A DNA stretch of 64,000 bases, taken from positions 39,468,117-39,532,116 of the forward strand of contig NC_083410.1 of the NCBI RefSeq assembly GCF_020745735.1. The letters are read 5' to 3'. Origin of the DNA: Hemiscyllium ocellatum (taxonomy: Eukaryota). The notes under the pieces are model-generated. The model was not told the DNA's origin. It searched no databases and saw nothing but the letters and a program-made list of their open reading frames with translations. The position numbers and the translations under genes are program-made. Positions 12,291 to 23,456 of this stretch are shown here, piece after piece. Position 1 is the first letter of the stretch. The number at the start of each line of letters is the position of its first letter.

Positions 12291-14699
12291 CAATCAGGAA
12301 ACCAAGATTCCCAACACCGACTCCTGGGGAACTCCATTACAAACCTACTAGCCTGAAAATATCCATCAACCATTAGCCTTTCTTTCCTGTCCCTCAGCCT
12401 AACTCACATTGCAACCCCAACTCATATTCTATGAGCTATAACTTTTCTCGCAATTCTGTTATTTAGCACTGCCTTTTGGAAGAATGTATATACCATAACA
12501 ACTGTGTCATCCTCACTAACTCTCTGTTATCAGTTTACAAAAGCTCCAGCAAATTAGTTAAACCTGATTTTCCCTTCAGTAAACTGAGCTGGCTCTTTCT
12601 GATCACACGTCTATCCTAAATAGTCATTTCAATCACTTTCCTCGCCAGTGAGTTTAGACTATGGTACCAACATGGACCACAACCTTTACCTATTCACCTT
12701 CTCCCAGAAAATTTTCCACAACCTTTCTGTAATATCCTTGACCTTGGCACCAGGGAAGCAACATGCTATCCTGGAGTTAGACTACAACCACAGAAATACC
12801 TATCCATTCCCCTTTCACTACTGCACTCCCCCCTCATCCTCCTTCCCTCCTGCACAACTGGGCCACATGGTGCCAAGTTTTTACTGCACTCTTCTGAGGA
12901 AGTATTACCTTTACCAGTATTAAGTATGAAAAACCCATTGGTGAGCAAGACCTTAAGGGATTTTGTACTATCTGCCTGGTTATCTTTGACTACCTGGTGG
13001 TCACCTATTCCCTTTCTAGCTGCATGCCTGTTTGTGGTGTGACCACCTCTCTGAATATGCTATCTACATAGTTATATGTCTTGCAATGAACCACAGTGAC
13101 CTCAGCCACTGTTTGGCTCCTGAACTTGGATATCAAGATTGTGCAGCAATGTCACTCATTACATGTGCTTGACCAGTTCTCATCAAGTGCCCTAACTCGC
13201 CAGAAACCACCAGATGAGTATTCCACTTTGGCTGAGTTGTACTGCCATACCTTAATCTTACTTCTGTATTATTTATTATAAACTATTTTTCTTAAATTAC
13301 GTTGATCTTAAAAAATAAAAAATTCTCAACTTTGAGGAATAGTTGCCATCGTTAGCTGCTCAGAAAGAAACATATACTCCTCCCTTCACAGCTCCACACA
13401 CAGCAAGCTTGACCTGCATTAAAATTGACTTAAAACATTTCCTTCACCCACATGCCAAATTTCCATATTGAATCAAGTTTCCCAAGTACTCTATCTTATC
13501 CCAATCCAATGCAGTCTGATAATGCACCCCTTACTGCCCATGCTGCTTTATTTTGTAAGTAGGCTTGGTTCTAAGACTGGTAGGCACCATAGGGCATGGA
13601 ATATATTTTGAACAGTCATGTTTTATCATTTATTTGTTATTTGCATTTCGTTCCTGTAATATATTTATTATTTTTCATGGTTCACAAAGTATACATTGTA
13701 CAGAAATGAACAATTTAGCCCAATCAGTTCATGCTGGTACTTCATCTCCCTTAGAGACAACTGGCATCTTTTCCAATCTAACCTACCATTATAACCATCT
13801 ATTCCCTTTGTCCAGTTTCCTCTTAAATACATCTACAGTGGAAGCAGAATCAGTTAAGACATTTAAAAGGGCATTGGGAAATTTTCTTTAGATTGAAATA
13901 ATGTGCAAAGATGTGGAGAAGAATCATAAGACTGACACTAAGTAATAATGCTCATTTGAAGACCTGGTGTAGACACAGTGGATCAATGCCTCCTTCTATG
14001 CCATAACACCTCTGTGAAATAACTCACCTGAACCACTCCATGTGGTAACAAGTTCGACGTTCCTACCGTGCTTTGGATGAAGATTATTTATTCTGATTTT
14101 CTGAATTGGGTAGGTGCCCAAGACCACTTGTTACAATTTTATGCTCCCTTGTGGTGGAAGTTGGGCAACTCACTATCATCCCTACACCTGAAATAAAAAG
14201 TTTTTAAAATGTCCCTACCATACAAATTCACCACATCCATTGGTATGTTAAATCTTTTAGCTATTTTACCAGAAACCATTTGCTTTTTTTGTTCTTATGT
14301 TATCCTATTACATTCCCTCCCTTTGTTCTTCCTTTCCTACACCCTGCCGCCTTTACTTGCCCTAAACCTGTTACGCTTCCATCATTCTATCTCCCACAGG
14401 TGTCGCACATCCTACTTAACTATACTTTCTCACAGCTCAGTTCCTCTAATTGTTCTTCTCAACCTTCTAATGTCTTCCTTTCTCTTCAAACATTCTCAGC
14501 CCTAAAGGATTGATAGTACACTCCACTATGTTTAATCTATTATTTACAGTTCTGCTCCAAACCAACCCCTCCCTTCTAAAACTAACATAAAGTTTCCCTT
14601 GTTCTCCTTTCCATCCTACTGTATGTGTTTTGGAACAGAACACTGCCATTTTTATTACCTTTAACACAAAGCCTCCACTAATCACATCTCTCCCTGTCC

Positions 14700-15460
14700 T
14701 TCCCTTTTAAAATTCCAAAGGGACCCGTTACTCTACAACACCTTGAACCATTCTTCAGCTATCCCTTTCCTAGTTACCTATCCATGCCAGCATAGGAGAT
14801 GCAACACCCATCAGTTTACTTCCTTTCTCACACCATTCAAAGCCTTAAACACCCTCACACCAAGACCCAAAGCACTCTTCCCAAATTAAAAAGTAATTTA
14901 CTCAAAGCTACTTTAAAGTTGTGATAATGCTCACAATGTGGTCTTAAATGCAGGTTCGCGACTGCCTTATGAGCCCTTCTATTCATGCTGCAGGCATAAT
15001 TGTGAGCTTTCTGTCATTTTACTTTCCCACCTTGTTTATATTCCTAAATCTTTGGTCACCAGTGAAGCTTACTGCAACCTCAAGGAACAACAGTTCAATT
15101 CTCAACTCGGTATTTTACAGCCTCCTGGACCCAGCGTTGAGATCAGTAATATCAGATCACAACATCTGTTTCCATATTGTTTCATGTTCTATTTTGTTGT
15201 TTGTTATATACTTTGAATACTAAGTGAATGGATAAACAGACTTCTGCTTTGCTGTACTCTCACAGCTCATGTGGACACATCCTTTCTTGTGATATATCCT
15301 TAAGCTTTTCTACCATGAAACTTTATCCTATTTGCTCTCTCGCATGCCACCCCATAAAATTCCTTCCTTTATATTATACATCTCCCACACCCTTTGTTTG
15401 TAACATGCTCCACATTAAATTTCCATTTTGCCTCAGTGCTAATAAATGGTCATTCCTGTG
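14700..15460 (+). mobile_element. Highly degenerate Penelope-like GIY-YIG remnant
   Basis: ORF 14938-15216 has LKEQQFNSQLGILQPPG, resembling RLEEERLIFRLGTLQPQG of the PLE at 61538. Confidence 0.5.
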
Positions 15461-15514
15461 AAAGATTGCGCTGCCTCACATTACCAAGGTCTTGCCTTTT
15501 GTTTAAAAGAATGT

Positions 15515-15674
15515 TCCTATTGGTCAGATTTCAGCCTAGCAACGACGGAACTGCACCCATCGACCGCTGACCTATGGTACCAGCCAATCAGAGTGACCAG
15601 CACCGGGGCACGCGGCCCGGGTTTGGACCAATTAAATGGCTCGATGCTGGGAGTTCGGTTAGAAACGGTTCAAG
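15515..15674 (+). promoter_or_regulatory. TBCC promoter (CCAAT boxes, CpG-rich)
   Basis: ATTGG ~15519, CCAATCAG ~15584 and CCAAT ~15627, directly upstream of the ATG; CAAGATGGCG (YY1-like, strong Kozak) overlaps the start. Confidence 0.65.
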
Positions 15675-16721
15675 ATGGCGCTGGTCGGCGAGAGTGAGAA
15701 CCGGGAGAGTTTAACGGAAGAAATCCCGGAATATGACCGGCGCAAAGAGAAAATGGTGGAGATCCTGCAGCGGAGAGACCAGGAGAGACAGCAGGGGGTG
15801 GAGAGGAGGAAAATGGCCAAAGATGTGACCACGGTGAAGGAGGAAAAGTCCAACTTTTTCAACATGGCGTTTTCGGAGGAGAGGGCGGCGATCGAGGCGC
15901 TGCTGGAAAGCTGCGAAGGCACCGACCGAAGCGCGTTGAATGCCCGCTTCGAGGAAATCTTGCAGAAGATGCAGCGGCTGCAGAAGTTTGTCAACGACAG
16001 CATGATGTTCCTGTCTGCCTACGAGCTGCGGCAGGCCCAGGACGCCGTGCAGAGGCTGCAGGGGATGGTGTCGGAGAAGAGGGAGGAGTGCCTGCCCAAG
16101 AAGAAATTCGCTTTCAAGTCCCGCAAGAAAGAAGGTGCCGCCCCCAAACAAACCAAGTCCGTCGATTCCCCGTCCGACAAGAAACCGAGCGACCCCGTCG
16201 CGATCGATGAAAACCTCTGCGGTTTTTCGGACGCCGACTCCCAAATGCTGGTCCGGCGGGCGGACGAGATCACCGGGAAGGATGTGTTGTTGACCCGGTT
16301 GACGAACTGCGTGGTCCAGCTCTTGGGTTCGCCCAACACTCTCCATGTCAAGAATGTCACTAATTCGAAGGTATTGTGCGGACCTGTCTCTACCTCCGTG
16401 TTCATTGACCAGTCCGTTGGCTGCACCTTTGCCTTCGCTTGTCAGCAGCTGCGAACCCATAACACTAAGGATGCTAATATATATTTGCATGTGACCAGCC
16501 GAGCTATCATTGAGGACTGCACTGGAGTTTCCTTTGCTCCATTTAACTGGAAGTACGAAGGCATTGAAAAGGACTTTGAGCTAGCGGGTTTAGATAGAAC
16601 GAAAAACAATTGGAATGTTATAGACGATTTTAACTGGCTCGCGTCTGATCATTCCCCTAACTGGAGTATTTTGGCTGAAGAGTCTCGAATAACAGACTGG
16701 GACAAAATCTTAGCGCCGTAG
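15675..16721 (+). CDS. TBCC: Tubulin-specific chaperone C (tubulin folding cofactor C), single exon, 348 aa
   Basis: N-terminal helical region (LQRRDQERQ..ERRK, LPKKKFAFKSR) and C-CAP/TBCC beta-helix (LCGPVSTSVF, ACQQLRTH with the catalytic Arg, VTSRAIIEDC, FAPFNW, VIDDFNWLA..SPNW). Vertebrate TBCC is intronless. Confidence 0.97.
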   Translation: MALVGESENRESLTEEIPEYDRRKEKMVEILQRRDQERQQGVERRKMAKDVTTVKEEKSNFFNMAFSEERAAIEALLESCEGTDRSALNARFEEILQKMQRLQKFVNDSMMFLSAYELRQAQDAVQRLQGMVSEKREECLPKKKFAFKSRKKEGAAPKQTKSVDSPSDKKPSDPVAIDENLCGFSDADSQMLVRRADEITGKDVLLTRLTNCVVQLLGSPNTLHVKNVTNSKVLCGPVSTSVFIDQSVGCTFAFACQQLRTHNTKDANIYLHVTSRAIIEDCTGVSFAPFNWKYEGIEKDFELAGLDRTKNNWNVIDDFNWLASDHSPNWSILAEESRITDWDKILAP

Positions 16722-16813
16722 ATGTATCATATGTACCAGAGGTCTGTGTTTACTGAACAAGCTGACGATGTCATGACTTAATTGCACCCATTCCTGTATT
16801 TGAATTCAAGTAA

Positions 16814-16819
16814 AATAAA
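16814..16819 (+). terminator. Probable TBCC polyadenylation signal AATAAA
   Basis: First AATAAA after the stop, followed by GT-rich sequence and then the L1 boundary. Confidence 0.45.
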
Positions 16820-16908
16820 TGCTGTGGACAGAAAAATTAAATAATGTTGGGGTCCTGTTTATAGGATATAATTGTGTTTTTATAAATATTTTTATTGCAA
16901 GATTTTGT

Positions 16909-17208
16909 TTAGATTCCCTACCGTATGGAAACAGGCCTTTCGGTCCAACAAGTCCAAACTGACCGTCTGAAGAGCAACCCACACCTGTTCCCCTACATTG
17001 CCCCCTAACTAATGCACCTAATACTATGGGCAATTTAGCATGACCAATTCACCTGACCTGTGCATGTTTTGGATTGTGGGAGGAAGTTGACACTGACGTG
17101 AGGAGAATGTGGAAATTTGACATAGACAGTAACCCAAGGCTGGAATCAAACCCAGGTCCCTGTTACTCTGAGGCAACAATGCTAAGTGCTGAACCTCTGT
17201 ACCACCCC
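16909..17208 (-). mobile_element. HE1-type tRNA-derived SINE (diverged), inserted in the L1 3' UTR
   Basis: Colinear with the SINEs at 37673 and 46024 (gtgaattgg.catgctaaattgccc core, gggcctgtttcc tail). Confidence 0.8.
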
Positions 17209-20200
17209 AAAAACTTTTATAAAATTACAACACCAACAAAACATTAGTGTATATGTATATAACAATGAGGGAAAAAAAGCACCACTATACTCATGTAAAA
17301 TAAAAACAGTAAGGGAATAATAAATAAAACAGCTCAACACAACAAAACATTAGCTCCTGCCCTTCAAGTGAATTGAGTATTACACATGAATTTATTCAAA
17401 ATTCTTCCTTCGAGGACATCAAGTATGCTGGATCAAGCTGTCATGGCTACACAAAAGCCCTTGTTAAGATGGCAGATAAATTTACATCCAGATAGTCTAA
17501 AAAGGTTTGCCATATCCTATAAAAAATTCCAGTTTTCCAGTGTACCATATTTGTAAAAATGTCCAGAGGACTATGTTCCATGATAAACCTATGCCAACCT
17601 GACAGACCCATGGGGTTTTCAGAAACCCCACATTAGAATATTTTTCCTTGCACAAAAAGTGAGAATGTTAAAAAAATTTTTTGTCCCATGAGTGTCCAGA
17701 GAAGAAAGATTGAATAGGCCCAGAAGAAGAGAGATAGGATCCATTTTAACCTCGGTCTCCAAGAACCCTCTATAACTCCTGCCACAGCACTCAAATATGC
17801 ACGGAGTCTGCAGCAAGACCATAAACAATGAGTGAGAGTACTGATATTTACTTTACACTTAGGACATAATGAAAATACTCCCACCTTGTATTTTGAGAGA
17901 TGGTGTGGGCCCAAATGGATCCTATGCAGAATCTATAACTGCATAGTATAGGTCCTATTACAGATCAAAATCTTCCTCGCATTCTAGCAAATGTTCTCCC
18001 ACGTCTCCATAGAAATCTCAACCCCTCGTTCTCTCTCCCAGACCCCACTAAGTCGTTCAATGCCATCTGAAAGATCACCTTCTAACAAATGATGAAAAGT
18101 ACTAATAGAGAGAGTACTTTTAGCATGAAACACCCTCTTCTCCAAAACAGATCTGTAGGGATCCATCAAAAGCGTGGTCCCTTTTTTAATAAAATTCCTG
18201 ACTTAAAAAAAGCAAAAAAGGTCTCTGCTAGCGCAACCATACTTATGAGTTATTTGGTCAAAGGACATCATTATTTCACCTTCAAATAAATCACCCAAAC
18301 AGGAGATTTCCCTAGCTGCCCAAAGCTTAAATCTGGGGTTCATTACCCCAGCTGAAAGCCCAGCATACTAGCTATAGGGGTAAGAAAGGACATTTTGGAT
18401 ATATTAACCTCACTCTGCCACATTGCCCTACATCCCTTAACAGTATTAATAATTATTGGATTACTGAAGAACAACAGGCTAATGAGGGGACACTTTGCCT
18501 GAGAGGGCTCAATATCTAGCCATATTAACACTGGATCCTCACAAGCCCAGTCTCTAACAAAAGATAGATGGTCACTTGATTGATATCTTTTAATATCCAG
18601 GTAGTCCACTCCCCTCAATCCATGAGACAACTATAATTTAGCCAGCTTGATAAGGTTAGCGTCAAATAAAGGAGCAAAACCATCCGTTAAGTCTCCGGAA
18701 TGTTTGCCGAGGAAAAATAAAAGGAAGCATTTGTATAGAATATAACAAATGGGGAGAACGTTCACTTTAATAAGAGTTACCCAGCCTAGCCAGGATATTG
18801 AAAGCACCTCCCATCGCTGACGACCTTGCTTAATCCTGTTGAGCAAATGGGCAAAATTGGCCTTAAACAACTGATCAAAGACTGGAGTAACAAAGATGTC
18901 TAAATAAAGAAAACCCTCCTGTGACTATTTGAAGGAGAACATGATTCACTGTCTACCTCAGAGATTCTCCTAAGGCACCCCACCCCCCACCCTCATAGAC
19001 ATGGCCCCGATTTTGAGAAATTAAACTTATAACCCAAAAAGAAGCCAAATGAATTGATACATTGTATCAAATTGGATACCAAGACCACTGTATTTGACGA
19101 AAAAACAAGAACATCATCTCCGTATAATGTGATGTTATGCGATTTAGATCCTACATCCGGAGCAGCTATATTAGGGTCCCTACGGATCGCCTCTGCCAGC
19201 AGCTCAATCACCAATGTGAAAAGTCAAGGGTTCAAGGGTAGAGAAGAGGTACGGCCAGTCGACCCCATCAAATGCCTTTTCAGCATCTCGAAATCACTAA
19301 TCCCTGAACCGACTGCTTCTGACAAGCTTAAATCATATTCAGCAACCTCCTGATATTATTAGAGGATCTACCGCCACTCATAAAACCATCTGGTCATCCT
19401 TGACAATGGAAGGCAGCACAGTTTCCAATCTTAATGCAAAAAACTTAGCAGTTTAAAATCAGAATTTAAAGTGAGATGGGTCTTTAGGAGGCATATTCCT
19501 TTGGAGTCTTGTCTTTATTAAGAATGAGAGAAATATTAGCCTCTCTCAGGGATGGTGGGAGGCGATTGTGGCTATGCAAGTAATTATATTTGTCTAACAT
19601 TGGTCCCAACAGTATACTTATAAATTCTTTGTAAAACTCAGTAGGGGAAACCGTTGGGGCCAGGCGCCTTCCGACTTTGCATCTGCTTCACAACCTCCTG
19701 TGTCTCTTGTTCTGTTAAAGGGGCATTAAGGAAAAAACAGCTGTTCAGAGGTAACAACTGGAAGTTCCAGCTTCTTAGAGAAAGACTCCATCTTGGCCCA
19801 TCCATCCTCACAATGTTCAGACTGGTATAGTTCAAAGTAAAACTTCCAAAATGCATCATTGATCTTTTCGGAGATGCAAGTGACTATCCCAGTCCCATCC
19901 CTATTTGAGGTAATGGATTGGGGGCATTCTTTCTCCTGGCAAGATATGTCAGGTACCTGACCGACTTGTCACCATATTCAAACAGTCTTTGTTTCGTGAA
20001 GAAAAGTTCCTTTCTTGCTGCCTGTGTAAGCATGGAATTCAAGGTGGACCAAAGAGCTGTAACCTGCTGCAGCTTAGCCACTGATGGCTTATCAAAATAC
20101 ATCTTTTTAAGCGGTCTTTAACCATGCCTTGAGCAGGTGCTGTTGCTTCCCCATCGGTCACTTCTGACTGGCAGAGTAAGAAATAATTATCCCCCCCCCC

Positions 20201-21488
20201 TCGCATGAGCCTTAGCAGTCTCCCAAAGAATGGACAGGTTACTGGCTGTATCCGAATTGGTAGCTAAAAACATCTTAAACTCATTGAGGAAATATTCGAC
20301 AAACTTTCTGTCCTTAGGAATAAAGGGATGCAACATCATCCTTAATCTCATTGTCTAAATATACTGCAGCATGATCTGAAATAGTGATATTTCCAATTAT
20401 ACAGGATGTTACCAAATCCAAGGATAATGCAGGGGGGTAAGGAAAAGATCAGTCCTAATATGAGACTTGTGCAGATTAGAAAAGCAGGTAAAGTCCCTAC
20501 CCATGGGATGAAGACGCCTCCACACATCCACCAAACCCAATTCCACACATGTCCACTAGTTGATTAGGTTGTGAAGAACATGTTGAGGGGCCTCTAGGCA
20601 TTTTATGCATGAGGATCCTTGAGGCAATTAAAGTCTCACCCCATAATAATCTGCCATGGTGTAAGAGTCATCAGTTTGGAGAATGTATTGATCAAAAATT
20701 TAAGGGGGTGCACTGGTGACAATAAGCATTAAAATATCATACTCTTCTTCATGTATTGGGGCTTTAAGAATGACAATACGCTCATACTCATCTTTAATCT
20801 GATTTAACAACTTTCATGAAAGATTATTCCGAAGGAGTATGGCCACTTCCCTGTTCCTAGTATCAAAGGAGAAGTATATCAGATCAAACCACCTGCTACA
20901 ATTTCAGATGTTCCTTATCGTCAAGGTGAGCCTCCTGCATAAGGGAAACGTCCATCCTCTTCTTTCTAAGACTAGAAAGCACCTTTTTCTTCTTAACTGG
21001 AAAATGGCTCCCTCTAATATCCCAGGTACACCATTTGAGGACACACTTAGCCATGACTCTCTATAACATCATTTAATCTCCAAAAAGGGAGAACAAGGAA
21101 GAACTCGATTTATCAACTGCTGAGTATAAACAAAAAAAAGACTCATGAAACCTAAAAAAAACTTGAAGTAAAACTACTACACCTATCATATGAACAACTA
21201 CATAAACAAAAAACCAACAAACTAAACCAAATACAAAACACTTAATGAGAGGCTCTATCCCCTGCCCACAGGGGGCACTTACATATCCCAAAAACACCTT
21301 CCAACTTGAGTCACATCCTAGACTCAGGCCAAAAAAAAAAGAGAAAAAAAGATATTAACAAGGAAATTAAAAGTAGAGTCTCTACCCATCCCCAAATATG
21401 ATTTGGAGATGCCGGTGTTAGACTGGGGTATACAAAGTTAAAAATCACACAACACCAGGTTATAGTCCAACAGGTTTAATTGGAAGCA

Positions 21489-21523
21489 CACTAGCTTTCG
21501 GAGCGACGCTCCTTCATCAGGTG
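21489..21523 (-). ncRNA. Minimal hammerhead ribozyme motif (family B, intact)
   Basis: Minus strand reads CAC CUGAUGA A GGAGC GUC GCUCC GAAA GCUA GUG. Confidence 0.75.
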
Positions 21524-21688
21524 GTAGTGGAGGGCTCAATCCTAACACACAGAATTTATAGCAAACATTTACAGTGTGATATAACTGAAATTATACATTG
21601 AAAAATTGATTGTCTGTTTAATTTCAGTTACGTCACACTGTAAATTTTTGCTATAAATTCTGTGTGTTAGGATTGAGCCCTCCACTAC

Positions 21689-21723
21689 CACCTGATGAAG
21701 GAGCATCGCTCTGAAAGCTAGTA
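21689..21723 (+). ncRNA. Minimal hammerhead ribozyme motif (family B, slightly decayed)
   Basis: CAC CUGAUGA A GGAGC AUC GCUCU GAAA GCUA GUA; core intact, stem II closes with G-U, one helix I mismatch. Confidence 0.65.
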
Positions 21724-21747
21724 TGCTTCCAATTAAACCTGTTGGAC

Positions 21748-23456
21748 GAGAGATCCAAGATGGCGGCGACTCAGCAAGTCTGAGTTTACAGTGCTCTTCC
21801 CAAAACCTGGGTAAAGTGAGTTACTCACCCCCACCACACTTACCAAACCACCCAAAAAAATTTTCTAACCTTAATTAGCTTCTTACTATTATATTTAAGC
21901 AGTTTAATATTAAGTGGATAATGAGTAAACCAAAGGGATCCCGCAGCTCCCAGAAAACAAAGACCCCTCCCCCACCCTCCTCTCCTCCTCCTGCTGCAGC
22001 TGATGTAAAAACAGGCCTTGAAGAGATGATTGCCAGGCTGGAAACGACACTCGTCAATTTCATTGCAGAATCCAGACACAGATGGAACTCATTCGAAGAA
22101 AAGTTACAAAAGCACAGCCAGGCTATTGAGGAATTACAGGGCCGAGTGAAGGGGGCGGAGCTAAAGGCCACGACCTCCAAGGCTGCAGCACAAACAGCTG
22201 CAGAACAGGTGCGAGCTCTGGAGCAGAGAGTCCGGGCCTTTGAAATCTACATGGATGACCTGGATAATAGAAATCGGAGAAAGAATATCCGTCTTCTGGG
22301 CCTCCCTGAACAAGAAGAGAAAGGACAGTTAGTAGTATTTCTGGAGCGATGGCTGCCCCAGCTTTTAAACCTGGGGGCTGAAACTGATCGGGTAAGGGTG
22401 GAGTGGACCTACCGGGTCGCAGTACGCAGATCTGGCCCAAACCAGCGCCCACGCCCGGTCCTGTTCCGGCTGCAGAGTTATAGGGAGAGGCAGATACTCC
22501 TGGATGCCTCCAGAAATCTTGGAAAGGATCCTAAAGCCATGATCCATGAAGGATCCAAGATTATGTTATTTCAGGACTTCTCCCCGGCTTTGGCATGAAG
22601 AAGGAAGACGTTTGATGAGGTGAAGAAATGTCTAAGGAACTTAAATATTCAATACACCTTACGCTACCCAGCGACGTTATGCTTTACCCACGAAGGATCC
22701 GAGTATAATTTTAGATCACCAGAAGAGGCTAAGGAACTTTTAGACTCGTTTAAATAAATCGTAAGAGACAATTTATGTTGGCTTGCCTCTTCCACACTCC
22801 GTGGGGAGAAGTGGATACTTTATTCTACTTTACTTTTGTTTCTGGGAGCAGGGTTGTTTTCCCTTGCTATTTTATGTTATTATACTTAACTGTAATTTGT
22901 TGGAGTTGTAATTTTATAGTTATGTGTGTTTGTACGTGGCATTGATGCTATCAGATATACTCAGGTATGGGTGGGGAGGGGTGGGGGTGGGGCGCTCACT
23001 GTTAACTCTAGCTCGGTATTATATCTAAATCCTATTAAGGAGCGCCCGGGTCAAGGGTGGGACACTGTTTGGGAGAGGATATGGTGGACCTTTAGAAAGG
23101 AAGTAAGGCCCCCTGAGAACAAGGGGGAGGATCTCCATTCAAACATGTTTTACTTTTTTTTGTTCTTATTGTTTGGAAATAGTTTCCTTTTTATTATACT
23201 GTTATGAGTGTATTAGAGAACATTTTCTCTTGTTTGAAGGATGTAAGTGACTCAACTATACACTCTGGATAATTGTGGATTAGATTAGTAGTTAACTGAG
23301 TTTCATTGTTTTTCATTCTTCTTTAGTATCATTCCTTTGAATTTTGATGATTATATATTTAAGATCTATTTTTATATTAATGTTCGTGCTTGAAAGTTCT
23401 GTTTATTTTTGTAAATGTCAAAATATTAAATTTCTAATAAAAATATCTTTAAAAAA
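21748..23456 (+). mobile_element. ORF1-only (HAL1-like, half-L1) retroelement
   Basis: AAGATGGCGG head (21757-21766); L1 ORF1 21921-22757 (coiled coil, DLDNRNRRKNIRLLGLPE, LFQDFS, RYPA) with one in-frame TGA at 22596; no ORF2; AATAAA 23436-23441, poly(A), and 13-bp TSD aaacctgttggac (21735-21747 / 23457-23469). Confidence 0.85.

Larger units (their letters stand above)
9620..12640 (-). mobile_element. Old CR1-like RT fragment split by a nested insertion at 10474-12292
   Basis: ORF 9977-10174 has VRPQLEYCIEFW; the host breaks at gatcattaatgtat (10474) and resumes at atcaggaa...cccaacaccgactcctggggaactcc (GVPQ.SVLG motif on minus). Confidence 0.65.

Noticed and set aside
15446-15697. 83-aa ORF overlapping the TBCC start
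   Set aside because: Non-ATG start inside a repeat remnant upstream of the CCAAT boxes; unlikely to be in the mRNA.
15711-16490. 259-aa minus-strand ORF (and 15659-16003, 16019-16426)
   Set aside because: Antisense shadows of the GC-rich TBCC coding sequence; no independent motifs.
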